From IMG/VR virus record IMGVR_UViG_2541047879_000001: a stretch of DNA of 64,000 nt; one strand, written 5' to 3'. The translations under genes and the position numbers were made by a program. A model generated the notes under the pieces. The model worked only from the letters and a program-made list of their open reading frames with translations. It did no database searches and was not told the DNA's origin. This stretch comes from a virus (Duplodnaviria; Heunggongvirae; Uroviricota; Caudoviricetes). Shown here piece after piece: positions 10,242-20,456 of this stretch. The first letter of the stretch is position 1, and every line of letters starts with the position of its first letter.

Positions 10242-10528
10242 CAGGACGTCCCCTTGTCTGATGCTGCGGGTTTTTCAGTCGCGGGTTTTTCAGTCGCAGG
10301 TTTTTCTGCTGCCGCTCCCGCGGGTTTTCCGGCGGCATCAGTCGTTGCAGACGCTGCTGCCGGTGCTGCTTCAGCCGCTTTTTCCACCACAATGACGTCC
10401 CCGTCATTAAGACGGCGGCACCAGAACGGGGTGAAGGGTTTTTCCTCTCCCTCCTGCGCCAGCGGTTTCATGGTGTCCGGATCGCGGATCAGGCATCCCG
10501 GCGCGGGTTTGATAAAAATGGTTGTCAT
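10241..10528 (-). CDS. Small Mu-like structural-region protein with EKPAT repeat tail
   Basis: 95-aa ORF; C-terminal low-complexity repeat EKPATEKPATEKPA encoded by a 15-bp tandem repeat. Confidence 0.5.
   Translation of the reverse strand: MTTIFIKPAPGCLIRDPDTMKPLAQEGEEKPFTPFWCRRLNDGDVIVVEKAAEAAPAAASATTDAAGKPAGAAAEKPATEKPATEKPAASDKGTS
10266..10310. repeat. 3 x 15-bp tandem repeat (gcgggtttttcagtc) inside CDS
   Basis: Direct reading of the sequence: two perfect and one diverged unit. Confidence 0.8.
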
Positions 10529-10531
10529 CTG

Positions 10532-11095
10532 TTATTCCTCTGACGGTCCGGCTTTTTCACCGGCGGCGGTTGCACCTGGCAGGCTGATGTGCGCCTTAAA
10601 TTCCGGTGTGCCTTCCGGTTCGGTGAAGGTTTCGTAATGGCGCAGGAAATCATCCAGCGAGCTGATATCCGTCAGCGGGTCGATCATTTCCTCGCATGAG
10701 AAATAAAGGGCGTACATCACGGCTCCGCTGTCGGCCTGCGTTTCGGTGTAACCGTTAACCGCCTTTTCAAAGTAAAGCGGTGAGGTTTTTTCGGTTCTGA
10801 AGCCGTTCAGTACGGCAATCAGGCGGGCCACAATCTGATAAAGTCCCGGACGGCTGACCTCACGGCCATTGAGCATGTCGCCGATGACGTAGAACACCCA
10901 GTGACTGACCAGACGCCCACGGGTACGCCCTTCACCGGCACCCAGCCAGGCAACATAGATAGCCGGGGCGTTAATCAGCATGGTGCGCAGCACGCTGTCG
11001 CTCCAGTCGCCGGGATGGGTGTCAACAGACACCAGTTCATTCCCGAAATACTCACGGATGCGGGCGATATATGCCTGTTCGGTTTCCGTAATCAT
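10532..11095 (-). CDS. Mu gp37-like head/tail joining protein
   Basis: 187-aa ORF in conserved position between head and sheath genes. Confidence 0.5.
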   Translation of the reverse strand: MITETEQAYIARIREYFGNELVSVDTHPGDWSDSVLRTMLINAPAIYVAWLGAGEGRTRGRLVSHWVFYVIGDMLNGREVSRPGLYQIVARLIAVLNGFRTEKTSPLYFEKAVNGYTETQADSGAVMYALYFSCEEMIDPLTDISSLDDFLRHYETFTEPEGTPEFKAHISLPGATAAGEKAGPSEE

Positions 11096-11511
11096 ATAAA
11101 GCCCTTCTGGTTGCGCCCGAACACCGCCGCATCAGACTGCACCTGCGGTAAATCCCCGGATTCAGGGGCCGCACCGTCGGTATCCACGCCGACCGGCACA
11201 TTGCCGTTCATGACGTCTTTCAGCCAGGCCAGCGCCTCACGGTAACGGTCACGCGCCTGATCGGATGCCCGCTGATCGCACAGGTAATAAAAGGCAATCG
11301 TGCAGCAGTGCTGAACAAGAACCGCCGGAACCACCGCCAGCGGCAGCGTGTAACGGGAAGACAGATAGCTGTCGATAAGGGCAGACGCGTCCGTCAGTGC
11401 CCGGTTCAGCTTGCGCGTGTCCGGTTCATCCGAACGGGGCACGGCCAGTAATGGCCTGAGCAAATCCTCGCGGTAACGTGCCCGCATATCGGTTTCGGTG
11501 GCGTAATTCAT
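11092..11511 (-). CDS. Mu gp36-like protein
   Basis: 139-aa ORF, translationally coupled. Confidence 0.5.
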   Translation of the reverse strand: MNYATETDMRARYREDLLRPLLAVPRSDEPDTRKLNRALTDASALIDSYLSSRYTLPLAVVPAVLVQHCCTIAFYYLCDQRASDQARDRYREALAWLKDVMNGNVPVGVDTDGAAPESGDLPQVQSDAAVFGRNQKGFI

Positions 11512-11867
11512 GCGCGCGCCTTTTTTGCCTGTCTGGCGTTATTGCCGGTCTTTTTCCGGGGAGCATCCTGTACGGTTTCGGCTTCGGCTAAATCTGCACC
11601 GGTCTCTGCATGAACCACACCCGCCACGGCTCCCGCATCATCACCAGGCGTCTGTAGTATTCGTACAGTGAGGCATGGCTCCGCTTCCAGTCGGGCAAGC
11701 TGCTCCGGGGTGACGTCAACCTGCTGGCGTCCCCGCATGAACAGGAACCCCGCACGACGAAAATGCGTACGACTGCAACGCACTTCTGCCAGTACCGTGA
11801 CAGGACTGTCACCACTGACCTGAAGGCCTGAATCATCTGTTGCTGCCACAGTGTGATGTTCATTCAT
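11508..11867 (-). CDS. Hypothetical head-completion region protein
   Basis: 119-aa ORF downstream of major head gene. Confidence 0.4.
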   Translation of the reverse strand: MNEHHTVAATDDSGLQVSGDSPVTVLAEVRCSRTHFRRAGFLFMRGRQQVDVTPEQLARLEAEPCLTVRILQTPGDDAGAVAGVVHAETGADLAEAETVQDAPRKKTGNNARQAKKARA

Positions 11868-11910
11868 ATTTGCCCTCCGCAGGGGCCGGGCCGTAAGCCC
11901 GGCTCACCGT

Positions 11911-12858
11911 TTACAGATAATCCGCGACAACCAGCTCCAGCTTGCCCTTCATCTCGTTAGAGACTGTGGCGTTACCGTCCGCGAACAGCTCGCGCTCCAG
12001 CAGCTGCACCGCCTGTTTTTCCAGCGAAGTGGGGACAACAATATGGGTGGGTTTGATGCCGAGTTTGCGGCCACCGTCAGCCTTAAAGTCACGCATGGCT
12101 GACCAGCCGTGCCACAGCGCATCCAGCGTCAGCGGTGACTGCATCATGTAGGCCATCTGCCAGAAGCCGTAGCCCACATTGCGACGGGCGGAAGCACCGA
12201 ACACAAACTCGTTATCAGTAAACGCACGGCCTTCATCGACTTTTGTCTGGGCAACCAGTTCGGCCTTGCGGCGATCCTGGTAAATCAGCGGTTTTACCGC
12301 GCGGGAGCAGTCGAGCAGATACCAGGCCGGGCCACTGTAATCCGCCTGTGCACCGACAGAGCCGGTTTTTGCCACAAACATATTGCTGACCATCTGTGCA
12401 TCCCCGGAGCCATCCACTTTGGGGTAAACCGGGTGTTCGGTATCAAAGAAGTTCTGGCCGTCATAGCAGGCCGCACTGATCCCGTCACGCAGTGCAGCAA
12501 AGACCAGTTCATCCGGTTGTGCCGCCGCAGCGCGCCCCATCTCCTGGAACAATGGGGAGTAGATGCCAAGATTGTCGTCTTCGAAGTCATCGCGGCTAAT
12601 GGCGACGGTGCCTTCGAAGGTTTTGTTCACGATGGCGTAGCCATAGGCTTTCATCTTCTCGATGACGCGGGAGCCGATCCACTCACGGAACTGCGGGAAC
12701 TGCCCAAGCCAGCCGTAGGTGTTGGATTTCGACGTGGACGGTACGGTCATCGCAATTTTCTGGTACTGCGACGGAGCCATGGACATCCCGGCCTGAAAAT
12801 CAGAACGGTAGCCCGTCATCAGGGCGGTGATCATCGCCGGTGTAATCGGGGTAGGCAT
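11911..12858 (-). CDS. Major head subunit (Mu T-like)
   Basis: 315-aa ORF directly after protease/scaffold gene, start overlapping its stop. Confidence 0.8.
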   Translation of the reverse strand: MPTPITPAMITALMTGYRSDFQAGMSMAPSQYQKIAMTVPSTSKSNTYGWLGQFPQFREWIGSRVIEKMKAYGYAIVNKTFEGTVAISRDDFEDDNLGIYSPLFQEMGRAAAAQPDELVFAALRDGISAACYDGQNFFDTEHPVYPKVDGSGDAQMVSNMFVAKTGSVGAQADYSGPAWYLLDCSRAVKPLIYQDRRKAELVAQTKVDEGRAFTDNEFVFGASARRNVGYGFWQMAYMMQSPLTLDALWHGWSAMRDFKADGGRKLGIKPTHIVVPTSLEKQAVQLLERELFADGNATVSNEMKGKLELVVADYL

Positions 12859-13982
12859 TATTGCATTTCCTCTTTCATTTTCAGGAACTCGGCTTCGGTT
12901 TTACCCAGCAGATGGGCGGCGGCGATATCTTCAGCCGACAGCACAGCAGTGGCGGTCTTTTTATCCGGCACGGTCACGGTGTCGGTCTGAAGAGTGGTCA
13001 GAGCCGCAACCGGCTGGCGGGCGTCAAGCTGTGCAGAAAGTGCTGTAACGCCAATCTGTTGTCCGAGTCCTTCCATGTATCCGCGTTCGCTTTTGAAAAT
13101 GCGTCCTTCGGACTCAGCCTTATCCAGCAACTGCTCCAGCGTGGTGCTGCCGTGCTGTGCCGACAGCGCGACATATTCGGTACGCAGGGCGTTATACGTC
13201 TCAACGGGCACGTATTTCGTCAGATCAATAGTGCCGCCAGTTGGTGTGCCTTTTGCGGTTTCCAGCTCTGCCGACAGGCTGGCAACCTGCGTTTTCAGGG
13301 TGTCGTGCGCATCCGCACGGGTTTTGATCCCGGTAAGGGCAGACAGCGCCGCCGTGCCCAGTTCCGGTGTAAATTCGTCACCGTCGGCCACGGTCAGACC
13401 GAGCGCCGTCAGCAACTGGCGTAATTGCTCATTCATGGAGGTGTCCTTTAAAGGAGGGTTTAAGGCGTTATAAAGGTCATCCGCCGACAGTGCGGCGACA
13501 GGATTCATGCCAGTCAGACCGGGGTCACCGGTAATAGCCAGCATCCGAAGCTCAACAGGTTCACCGGTGATTTCGTCATAACCAATCACCGGGGAAAACC
13601 AGGGAAATTCGTTATTGCGCAGGTGTTCAATGGCCGGAGGGTTCCACTTCGGACGCACTTCAAAACCCCGCTCTTCACTGAAACGGAAGTTCTCCGGCGA
13701 GGCCATGACAAAACCGGCAGCCGGTGCCGCATGCCCCTCAATCAGTGACTGGTGGTTATAGTCAATCTTCACCGGCTGATTGAGTGCCACGACCCCGGAT
13801 ACCATACGCTCAACGGCCGCATGGTTAATCAGCCAGCCTTCCTCCGGTTTTTCCGGGCGACCGTCACGGGCCTTTACCCGACCGGCTGGCATGATCTGAC
13901 ACCAGTCACCGTCCCCGTCTGCGGACAGGCTGATGGCATTCAGAATGGCATAAGCAAGTTTGGGCGTGTTTTTCGTCTTCAT
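12858..13982 (-). CDS. Head maturation protease/scaffold (Mu I-like)
   Basis: 374-aa ORF with Ala/Leu-rich coiled-coil C-terminal half typical of scaffold. Confidence 0.7.
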   Translation of the reverse strand: MKTKNTPKLAYAILNAISLSADGDGDWCQIMPAGRVKARDGRPEKPEEGWLINHAAVERMVSGVVALNQPVKIDYNHQSLIEGHAAPAAGFVMASPENFRFSEERGFEVRPKWNPPAIEHLRNNEFPWFSPVIGYDEITGEPVELRMLAITGDPGLTGMNPVAALSADDLYNALNPPLKDTSMNEQLRQLLTALGLTVADGDEFTPELGTAALSALTGIKTRADAHDTLKTQVASLSAELETAKGTPTGGTIDLTKYVPVETYNALRTEYVALSAQHGSTTLEQLLDKAESEGRIFKSERGYMEGLGQQIGVTALSAQLDARQPVAALTTLQTDTVTVPDKKTATAVLSAEDIAAAHLLGKTEAEFLKMKEEMQ

Positions 13983-14159
13983 TCCGGCAGCATAAGCCGG
14001 TGTTTTTCGGGGCAGGTTTTGCGGGACTTCAGAAAGTGCTGACAGGGGAAAAATGAGAAAGGCGCTTCACGCAGATTTTAAAGCCCGTTAAATACAGGTT
14101 AGAAAATCACGACACGCGCCTGAAGAGGGTAAGGTAATGCGTTTGTATACCTTAAACCA

Positions 14160-14633
14160 TTACGGCGTTTCTGTGGCCTTTTTAAAGCGTTTTCTGATTT
14201 CGTCCATGATCTCCTGTTCTGCCACCTGATCAAAGCCCATATACGGACGTGCGCCAATGGCCGCCGGTCCCGGTGGCATACCAGGCAGGCCCCCCCACTG
14301 ATGAATGGCTGCATAAGGTTCATTTGATCCAATCAGCGCCCAGGTATCGCCATAATCCGTGGTCAGGCGGCGGGCCAGATCGCCGTTCAGCGTCAGGATT
14401 TTGCCGGGCGTGTATCCCTTACGGGTACGCCACTCACGGTAAGGATCTGACCAGTCATGCCAGCGTTCACCATCCGGCTCTTTTTCCTGCTCAAATGCCA
14501 TTTCTGACGATGACAGAAGACTCTCCGCCACACTGCGTGCCAGGTCTTTTCCGCTTCCCACAAACTGAAGCCGGGCAAAGACCCGCTGGAGACGCGCAAC
14601 GTCCACCACGACCGCCGCATCAATGGATGACAT
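14160..14633 (-). CDS. Virion morphogenesis protein (Mu G-like)
   Basis: 157-aa ORF between F-like and I-like genes. Confidence 0.6.
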   Translation of the reverse strand: MSSIDAAVVVDVARLQRVFARLQFVGSGKDLARSVAESLLSSSEMAFEQEKEPDGERWHDWSDPYREWRTRKGYTPGKILTLNGDLARRLTTDYGDTWALIGSNEPYAAIHQWGGLPGMPPGPAAIGARPYMGFDQVAEQEIMDEIRKRFKKATETP

Positions 14634-14754
14634 ATTGCCTCCGCATAAAAGATGAATATAAAATAAACAGGCGGTCAGTGTACGCTTAACTGGTAAAGTC
14701 GGTGCCTGCCTCCGGGTGGATCATGTATGCGGGTTCGACCCCCGCCACTGACCG

Positions 14755-16086
14755 TTAATCAATTTGTCCTTCCAGCACCTCAAGCATTCCGCCCCGGATA
14801 TCCGATTTCAGCTTATCCATATTGATAACCCGGTAAGCATTCACAATCACATCCAGTTTGTCGGGCTGACGTTTCAGACTGTACGGTGCATTAACGGCAA
14901 TCTGCACACTGCCATCCTTATTTTCCACGATATACATCAGATTGTTGTGCCGTTTGTCCCACAGCACCGCTTTTGGCTTTGCCAGCATTGCCGGTAAGCG
15001 CCCGAAGTCCTCTGGCATCAGGGCGATGCCGTCATTCTGATGTTTCACACTGTCTGCATGGAGCACATTTTTACCGCTCATCGCCAGCAGGCGGGCCGGT
15101 GGCGTTCCCGTCCGGCTTTCCACTGCCTGCGCAATGCTTTCAGTCATAAAGCCCAGCGTGCGGATATCGTTACCACCTCGCCGGGTCTGCATGATGTTTT
15201 TTGCCCAGATGCGGAACGCCAGCTGCCGCTCCGGGCTGTTGTTCATCTCCTGAACCACCATTTCCCGTAACGCCGGGCTTTTCACCTCGATCAGTTTGCG
15301 GATCAGCGCCTGGTCTGTGCCGAACGCTGCCGAGCCGGGGTTATATGACCAGCCCACATCCGGTGTCATGGTTCTGGTGCCATCTGAATATGTGGTCACC
15401 GGCATTTCTCTGACTTCTCCGGTCTGTTTATCCACGCCAGCCTCAACATTGCGGGTGGAGAGATGATCCTCACCGGATGAAACGGATAACCCCATTGCAT
15501 CCAGACGGGCCTGAGACAATGGCCGCACACGGCAGCGACAGTTCCAGCCATTGGGCGGGTAGTGAGTATTCCAGAACGGATCATCATAGCGGAATACCAG
15601 CCCGTTAAGGGCGGAATGTGCCGGGCGGGTGCGGCTGTCCATCACCGCCACATACTGCCAGAACGGATGCGTGTCCGTGTTGTTCATCATCTGCGTGTAA
15701 CGCCCGGCATTGTAAGCCACACGGGTGTTCACGTTGTAAATCAGCGCCAGACGGCGGGGGCTGCCAAGCTGCACTTCTTCCGCGTTCCCTGCACTGTCCA
15801 CCACAATCTGCTTTCCCCACCATCCCAGCTTTTGCAGGCGGGGTGTCAGCGTGCGGATAAATGTTTTCTGTGAAATGCCCTCATCAACAGCACGCTGCAC
15901 TTCCGCCTGTAGTGTGGTCAGTACGTCCAGGCGTGCCACTTTTGCCGCCGTGAATGAACGGGCATGAACATCCGCGTCTGTTTCGAACCAGTTCCAGCTG
16001 ATATGCTCCCCTTTGGCGCGGAAGTATGCCACCGCCTCTTTTGAGGGAAGCGTGGCGGCATAACCTAAATCAATCCCCTGTGTCAT
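14755..16086 (-). CDS. Head morphogenesis protein (Mu F/gp30-like)
   Basis: 443-aa ORF directly downstream of portal. Confidence 0.75.
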   Translation of the reverse strand: MTQGIDLGYAATLPSKEAVAYFRAKGEHISWNWFETDADVHARSFTAAKVARLDVLTTLQAEVQRAVDEGISQKTFIRTLTPRLQKLGWWGKQIVVDSAGNAEEVQLGSPRRLALIYNVNTRVAYNAGRYTQMMNNTDTHPFWQYVAVMDSRTRPAHSALNGLVFRYDDPFWNTHYPPNGWNCRCRVRPLSQARLDAMGLSVSSGEDHLSTRNVEAGVDKQTGEVREMPVTTYSDGTRTMTPDVGWSYNPGSAAFGTDQALIRKLIEVKSPALREMVVQEMNNSPERQLAFRIWAKNIMQTRRGGNDIRTLGFMTESIAQAVESRTGTPPARLLAMSGKNVLHADSVKHQNDGIALMPEDFGRLPAMLAKPKAVLWDKRHNNLMYIVENKDGSVQIAVNAPYSLKRQPDKLDVIVNAYRVINMDKLKSDIRGGMLEVLEGQID

Positions 16087-17668
16087 CCAGCATCCCCTTC
16101 ATTTCCGCAGCGAACATGGCATCACTGAGCAGCGTCATCAGGCGGGAATCATCCATTTCACGATAAAGGGCAGGCAGGTCTGCCAGCGCATCCGCCAGCC
16201 CCCGCGTTCTGATGGCATCAATGACCGGCTCCAGTACCGGGTCGATGGCCTCCTGTAAGCGGCGGGCAGGCACCGCGTCCCCCATATCATCCAGTTCATC
16301 ACGCGGCGTGCTTTTCGCTTCCGGCAGTCTGGCTGACAGCGCCGTCTGCTCTGTTTTTTCCTGTTTTTCCGGTGGTGTTTCCCTGTCGGTCTGAGCCGGT
16401 TCATTGCCACTCTGACGGACACGGAATATGGCTTCACCGGGCGTGGGCTGCGGAATACCGGTCTGCTCCCGTATCCAGGGATCAGAAATATCCATCCCCG
16501 TACTGAGCTGCATCACCGCACTGGTGATTTTGGTGATATCACCTGGTTCTTTGGTCTGGAAGCAGATACGTGGCAGACGGCGGATATCAATAGTGTGCGT
16601 GGTGTTCAGGGCGTACAGCGGATACACCAGATCGCGGTTCAGGGTTGCAGCCAGCTGCCGTAAATCAGAATCCCTGATTTCCCGGCGCACCTCGTTATGC
16701 ACCTCACCCAGCGAGCGCGCGCCTTTGTCTCCGGCTTCCGTGGTCAGCGTGCCGCCGAGTATTGCTTTGGAGATGGAACGCTCCCCCCACGAAATCATGG
16801 TTTCAAATGGATCGGCCTGACCGTTTGCTGCCGCCTGAAATTCCAGCGACATCCCGGCCGGGATGATCCCGCCTGTACGTCGCCCGATATCCATCACCGC
16901 CCGCATCAGGGCGCTTTTCTGCTCCGGTGTTGCCCCGGACGGGTATTTCCCGACCTTCATCGGCAGTCCGTACACCTCCAGAAATTCGGCCAGATCGCGC
17001 ACGGAATAGTTTTTGAAAATGAACGGCCAGATAAGCGTCCTGACAAGCCCCGTTGCGCCACCGTAACCGGTCCGTGAACGTGACTGATGCACTATCCAGC
17101 CAAAAGGCTGAAACGCCACCCCGGCATGGCTGCCGTCACGCAGCCGCAGTTCGCTCAAATCATCCGGGTTAAGGCAGAAATGCCCGCTGTCACGCCAGCG
17201 GATGGCGCGGATGATGTGCATTTTACCGAGCATCCCGTGCTCAATTTCCATGCAGGAATAGCCCTTCAGGATGGCATCCGTGGCGTCAAACAGCATGGCA
17301 TCAAACCAGTCTGCGGAATGCAGATATTCGTCGAGCATTTCCGCGTCCTTTTTCTCATTCGCGCTGGCGTTCGGTGGCGGCTCAATACTCCATGGCACCC
17401 CCTGAATGGCAAGACGTCGCTTGCCCAGCTCCGCAAAAAGGTGGGTGTCCTTTTCTTCAATGTCAGCCGCCAGATCGGACTGGGCAATCAGGTCGCCACG
17501 TTCAGCCCCCCGAAGGCACTGCGCCGCCCGGTTCGGGGTGATACCCGAGGCGGGATGCTCAACATAACGGCTGGCAATCTGCGGAATATCCAGCGCGGTA
17601 CTCTGCATCTCCGGGTCAAAGGAGAGAGGTTTTCCGTCAAGATCAATTATGCGTCCCACTACCAGCAC
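16070..17668 (-). CDS. Portal protein (Mu gp29-like)
   Basis: 532-aa ORF overlapping terminase large subunit stop. Confidence 0.8.
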   Translation of the reverse strand: MLVVGRIIDLDGKPLSFDPEMQSTALDIPQIASRYVEHPASGITPNRAAQCLRGAERGDLIAQSDLAADIEEKDTHLFAELGKRRLAIQGVPWSIEPPPNASANEKKDAEMLDEYLHSADWFDAMLFDATDAILKGYSCMEIEHGMLGKMHIIRAIRWRDSGHFCLNPDDLSELRLRDGSHAGVAFQPFGWIVHQSRSRTGYGGATGLVRTLIWPFIFKNYSVRDLAEFLEVYGLPMKVGKYPSGATPEQKSALMRAVMDIGRRTGGIIPAGMSLEFQAAANGQADPFETMISWGERSISKAILGGTLTTEAGDKGARSLGEVHNEVRREIRDSDLRQLAATLNRDLVYPLYALNTTHTIDIRRLPRICFQTKEPGDITKITSAVMQLSTGMDISDPWIREQTGIPQPTPGEAIFRVRQSGNEPAQTDRETPPEKQEKTEQTALSARLPEAKSTPRDELDDMGDAVPARRLQEAIDPVLEPVIDAIRTRGLADALADLPALYREMDDSRLMTLLSDAMFAAEMKGMLDDTGD

Positions 17669-19323
17669 CCCCGTTCAAATTCATGATATGCCTCATCGTC
17701 ATCACGATAACCGCCCTCCATTGCCCGCGACCGCTCCGGCAGCGCCTGACAGGCTGATTCATCCAGGATGAATCCCTCCATGTATGACGCCCGGTTTGCC
17801 ATACAGAGTGCCACGGCAAAATCACCATGGCGGCGGGCGTTCGCAGCCGTTGCGTTCTGGTCCTTCGTGCGCCCCTTGTCGATTTGCGGGATACCATTCA
17901 CCACCTTCACATGGCGCAAATCATCAAGCGTGGTCTGATGGCGGGCGACGAGGATATTCTGATCTTCAAACTCGGCTTTCAGTTTTGGCATCCACTCGCC
18001 GTACCACTTCGGCGACAACATCACGCAGTCGATGATGTCCGGGCCAAAGGCCAGCAGTGCGGCTTCTGCCAGATAGCCGCCGTTACCGGTGGCGTCGAAC
18101 GCCGCACCGACCAGCGCCGGAACGCGGGTCAGGATGTACATCATCACCTGTTCCTGCTGGGCATACGGCAGGTTGCGCAGCTCCACGCGAAACACCTCGC
18201 GCTTTGCCAGGGATTCGGTGATTTCCAGCAGCACAAAGCAGGACAGGTCACCGGTGCGGGCAAAGTCTTCCCCGAAGCTGAAGCGGGAACGGGGATTTAA
18301 TTTCTCTAAAAGCGGTTTTAAATGTTCTTCACACCAGGTTAAAACTTCCGATTCACGCAGCCATGCGGCACGGCTGATGAAGTTGTCCGGGGCTTCAAAC
18401 GTCAGAATCGGGATGTCGCGGATCATCGCCATTTCAATAAGCGCGTGAGGAATATAGGCACCGCCGGATTTTTTCGGGATACAGCCGTATTCCTCGTCGG
18501 CATCCTCACGGGTCGGGGCGTTTTTGTAGAGATCATCACGCCATTTCTGCTCGCTTTCCGGTGACCATTCCTGATCGGTGACGTAACAGATACGACGGTA
18601 CAGCCCGTCCGCAATGGCATCATCCAGGGTTATGCGGTGGACGCTGTAATCCTTGCGCCCCTCGCGGGCTTCCTGAATGTACTGATTAAACAGATTATCG
18701 ACGCCGTTATGCGTGGAGATAATACGCACGCGCGCGCCCCACATAGTGAGCGCCATTGCCGCCTTGAGAAGCTCATCCAGTGACTCGTGGAACGCGGCTT
18801 CATCAATCACCACATCCCCCTGAAGGCCGCGCAGGTTTGACGGACGGGAAGACAGTGCCTGAATTTTGAATCCACTGTTCGGAAAGCGGATCATGTAGGT
18901 CAGAATTTCTTCTTTTTTATCCCGATCCCAGAAGGTCTGCTCATACACATCAGCATCCGCCAGCTGGTTAAAGGCGCGGGAGAACAGGGCGCAGGCAGAA
19001 ATATATTCCAGCGCCATCTCCTGCTTTGATCCCACATAAAACACATTGCGGCCACCACGACGCTTCGGTTTTGCAGCAGTAATGACGTTACGCCCGGCTT
19101 CCGCCCAGGTAAGACCGGTGCGGCGGGATTTTTCCGCAATGCAGACCTGACTTTCATCCTCAAACCAGCGGGCCTGATAATCCAGAAACACCGGCATATC
19201 ACCGGGCAAATCAAGTCTGTCCGGCACATCCACGCCCAGCAGGGCTTTTTCACCGGACAGATCAATTTTGCGGGGAGGCGTCATTTGTATCAGTGAAGGA
19301 GACGTTTCTTTGGCTTTGTTCAT
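17659..19323 (-). CDS. Terminase large subunit (Mu gp28-like)
   Basis: 554-aa ORF; acidic nuclease-type motifs (VVIDEAAF, DATGNGG); first gene of the head module. Confidence 0.85.
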   Translation of the reverse strand: MNKAKETSPSLIQMTPPRKIDLSGEKALLGVDVPDRLDLPGDMPVFLDYQARWFEDESQVCIAEKSRRTGLTWAEAGRNVITAAKPKRRGGRNVFYVGSKQEMALEYISACALFSRAFNQLADADVYEQTFWDRDKKEEILTYMIRFPNSGFKIQALSSRPSNLRGLQGDVVIDEAAFHESLDELLKAAMALTMWGARVRIISTHNGVDNLFNQYIQEAREGRKDYSVHRITLDDAIADGLYRRICYVTDQEWSPESEQKWRDDLYKNAPTREDADEEYGCIPKKSGGAYIPHALIEMAMIRDIPILTFEAPDNFISRAAWLRESEVLTWCEEHLKPLLEKLNPRSRFSFGEDFARTGDLSCFVLLEITESLAKREVFRVELRNLPYAQQEQVMMYILTRVPALVGAAFDATGNGGYLAEAALLAFGPDIIDCVMLSPKWYGEWMPKLKAEFEDQNILVARHQTTLDDLRHVKVVNGIPQIDKGRTKDQNATAANARRHGDFAVALCMANRASYMEGFILDESACQALPERSRAMEGGYRDDDEAYHEFERGCW

Positions 19324-19571
19324 CAGGCTTTACCTGTCAGAATGCTTTTGATTCGGAACTCAAGCTCTTCAGTCATCACGTCCACGCCACTCAACTCATC
19401 AGTGACAGCCTCTGCCAGCAGCGAATGCAGTTGTTCCAGGGATATTTCCCCGGCAATGCTGAGTTCAGTCAACTCACGACACGCTTTTATGGTTTCAGGA
19501 GGTAACTGTGTTGCAAGACTGAATGCCTTCTGATGAGCACTACTCATCAGTGAGCGGTTATCTGTTACCAC
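19323..19571 (-). CDS. Small ORF, diverged duplicate of the C-terminus of the upstream protein
   Basis: 82 aa; C-terminus AVTDELSGVDVMTEELEFRIKSILTGKA matches the 193-aa protein end AVTDELRGVDGMSEQIEFRIRQMLLGKA; DNA identity visible. Confidence 0.35.
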   Translation of the reverse strand: MVTDNRSLMSSAHQKAFSLATQLPPETIKACRELTELSIAGEISLEQLHSLLAEAVTDELSGVDVMTEELEFRIKSILTGKA

Positions 19572-19581
19572 GATTCACCTC

Positions 19582-20163
19582 CTACGCCTTACCAAGCAGC
19601 ATCTGCCTGATACGGAATTCTATCTGCTCGCTCATGCCATCCACGCCGCGCAACTCGTCGGTGACGGCGTTCGCCATCTCTTCAGCAAATGCGGCCCGGA
19701 TTTCTTTTTCACGCTTAATGCTGCGCTCGGCGGCACTTTCCGCACGCTGTGCCGACAGGAGGATGTCCTTAATAAGGCGCATATCCACATCGCTGTCGCT
19801 GTTCAGGGATTCGGTGGCAGCACGCAGACGGCGGTACATCAGGGCGCGGGACATTTCCAGAATCAGTGCCGTGGTTTCACCGGTCGGCTTGTCCCCCAGT
19901 TCGGCCATCATGGCTTTTGTCTGCTCGCGTAAATCACGCAGGTTACGGGCAATCAGCTCATTACGGGAGGCCTCCCGGCTGATGGCCGCCGGTGAAAGCT
20001 GCTGCTCTTCCGGCAGACCCGCCTCACGGATCAGGCGGTTGATTTCCTCGCGGATCTGGACCTGCGTCAGGCGTTTTTCACGCAGCATTTCCAGCAGCGG
20101 CTTACGGATGCTGTCGGGGAGCAAATCCACCTTGCGTACACGGCCACGCGTTGGCTTATCCAT
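19582..20163 (-). CDS. Putative terminase small subunit / DNA-binding packaging protein (Mu gp27-like)
   Basis: 193-aa basic, coiled-coil-rich protein immediately upstream of terminase large subunit. Confidence 0.5.
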   Translation of the reverse strand: MDKPTRGRVRKVDLLPDSIRKPLLEMLREKRLTQVQIREEINRLIREAGLPEEQQLSPAAISREASRNELIARNLRDLREQTKAMMAELGDKPTGETTALILEMSRALMYRRLRAATESLNSDSDVDMRLIKDILLSAQRAESAAERSIKREKEIRAAFAEEMANAVTDELRGVDGMSEQIEFRIRQMLLGKA

Positions 20164-20165
20164 CG

Positions 20166-20456
20166 TTACCCCCTTGCGCGTGGTTTCTTCACACCCGGAA
20201 CGGTGGCGCGGCCTTCCGCCACATCCTGACCCCGGCCGGTCAGTTCAACGATGAAATAACCGTTAACAAGCGTGCGCTTACGCACCAGTCCCTGCTCGGC
20301 AAGCCAGGCAATATGGGTATGCACGGTGTCGCGGGACACGCGGTGGCCGTAATCATCCAGGCAGTCCTGAAGCACGGATTCGCCCAGTTCGCCGTTGTAA
20401 TCCGCCAGCGACCGCAGAATGACAAGACGCTGATCTTCAGTAATGAAATCACTCAT
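20166..20456 (-). CDS. Hypothetical winged-helix-like protein
   Basis: 96-aa ORF in late leader region. Confidence 0.4.
   Translation of the reverse strand: MSDFITEDQRLVILRSLADYNGELGESVLQDCLDDYGHRVSRDTVHTHIAWLAEQGLVRKRTLVNGYFIVELTGRGQDVAEGRATVPGVKKPRARG

Noticed and set aside
12433-13473. Plus-strand ORFs antisense to major head and protease genes
   Set aside because: Shadow ORFs within confidently assigned minus-strand structural genes.
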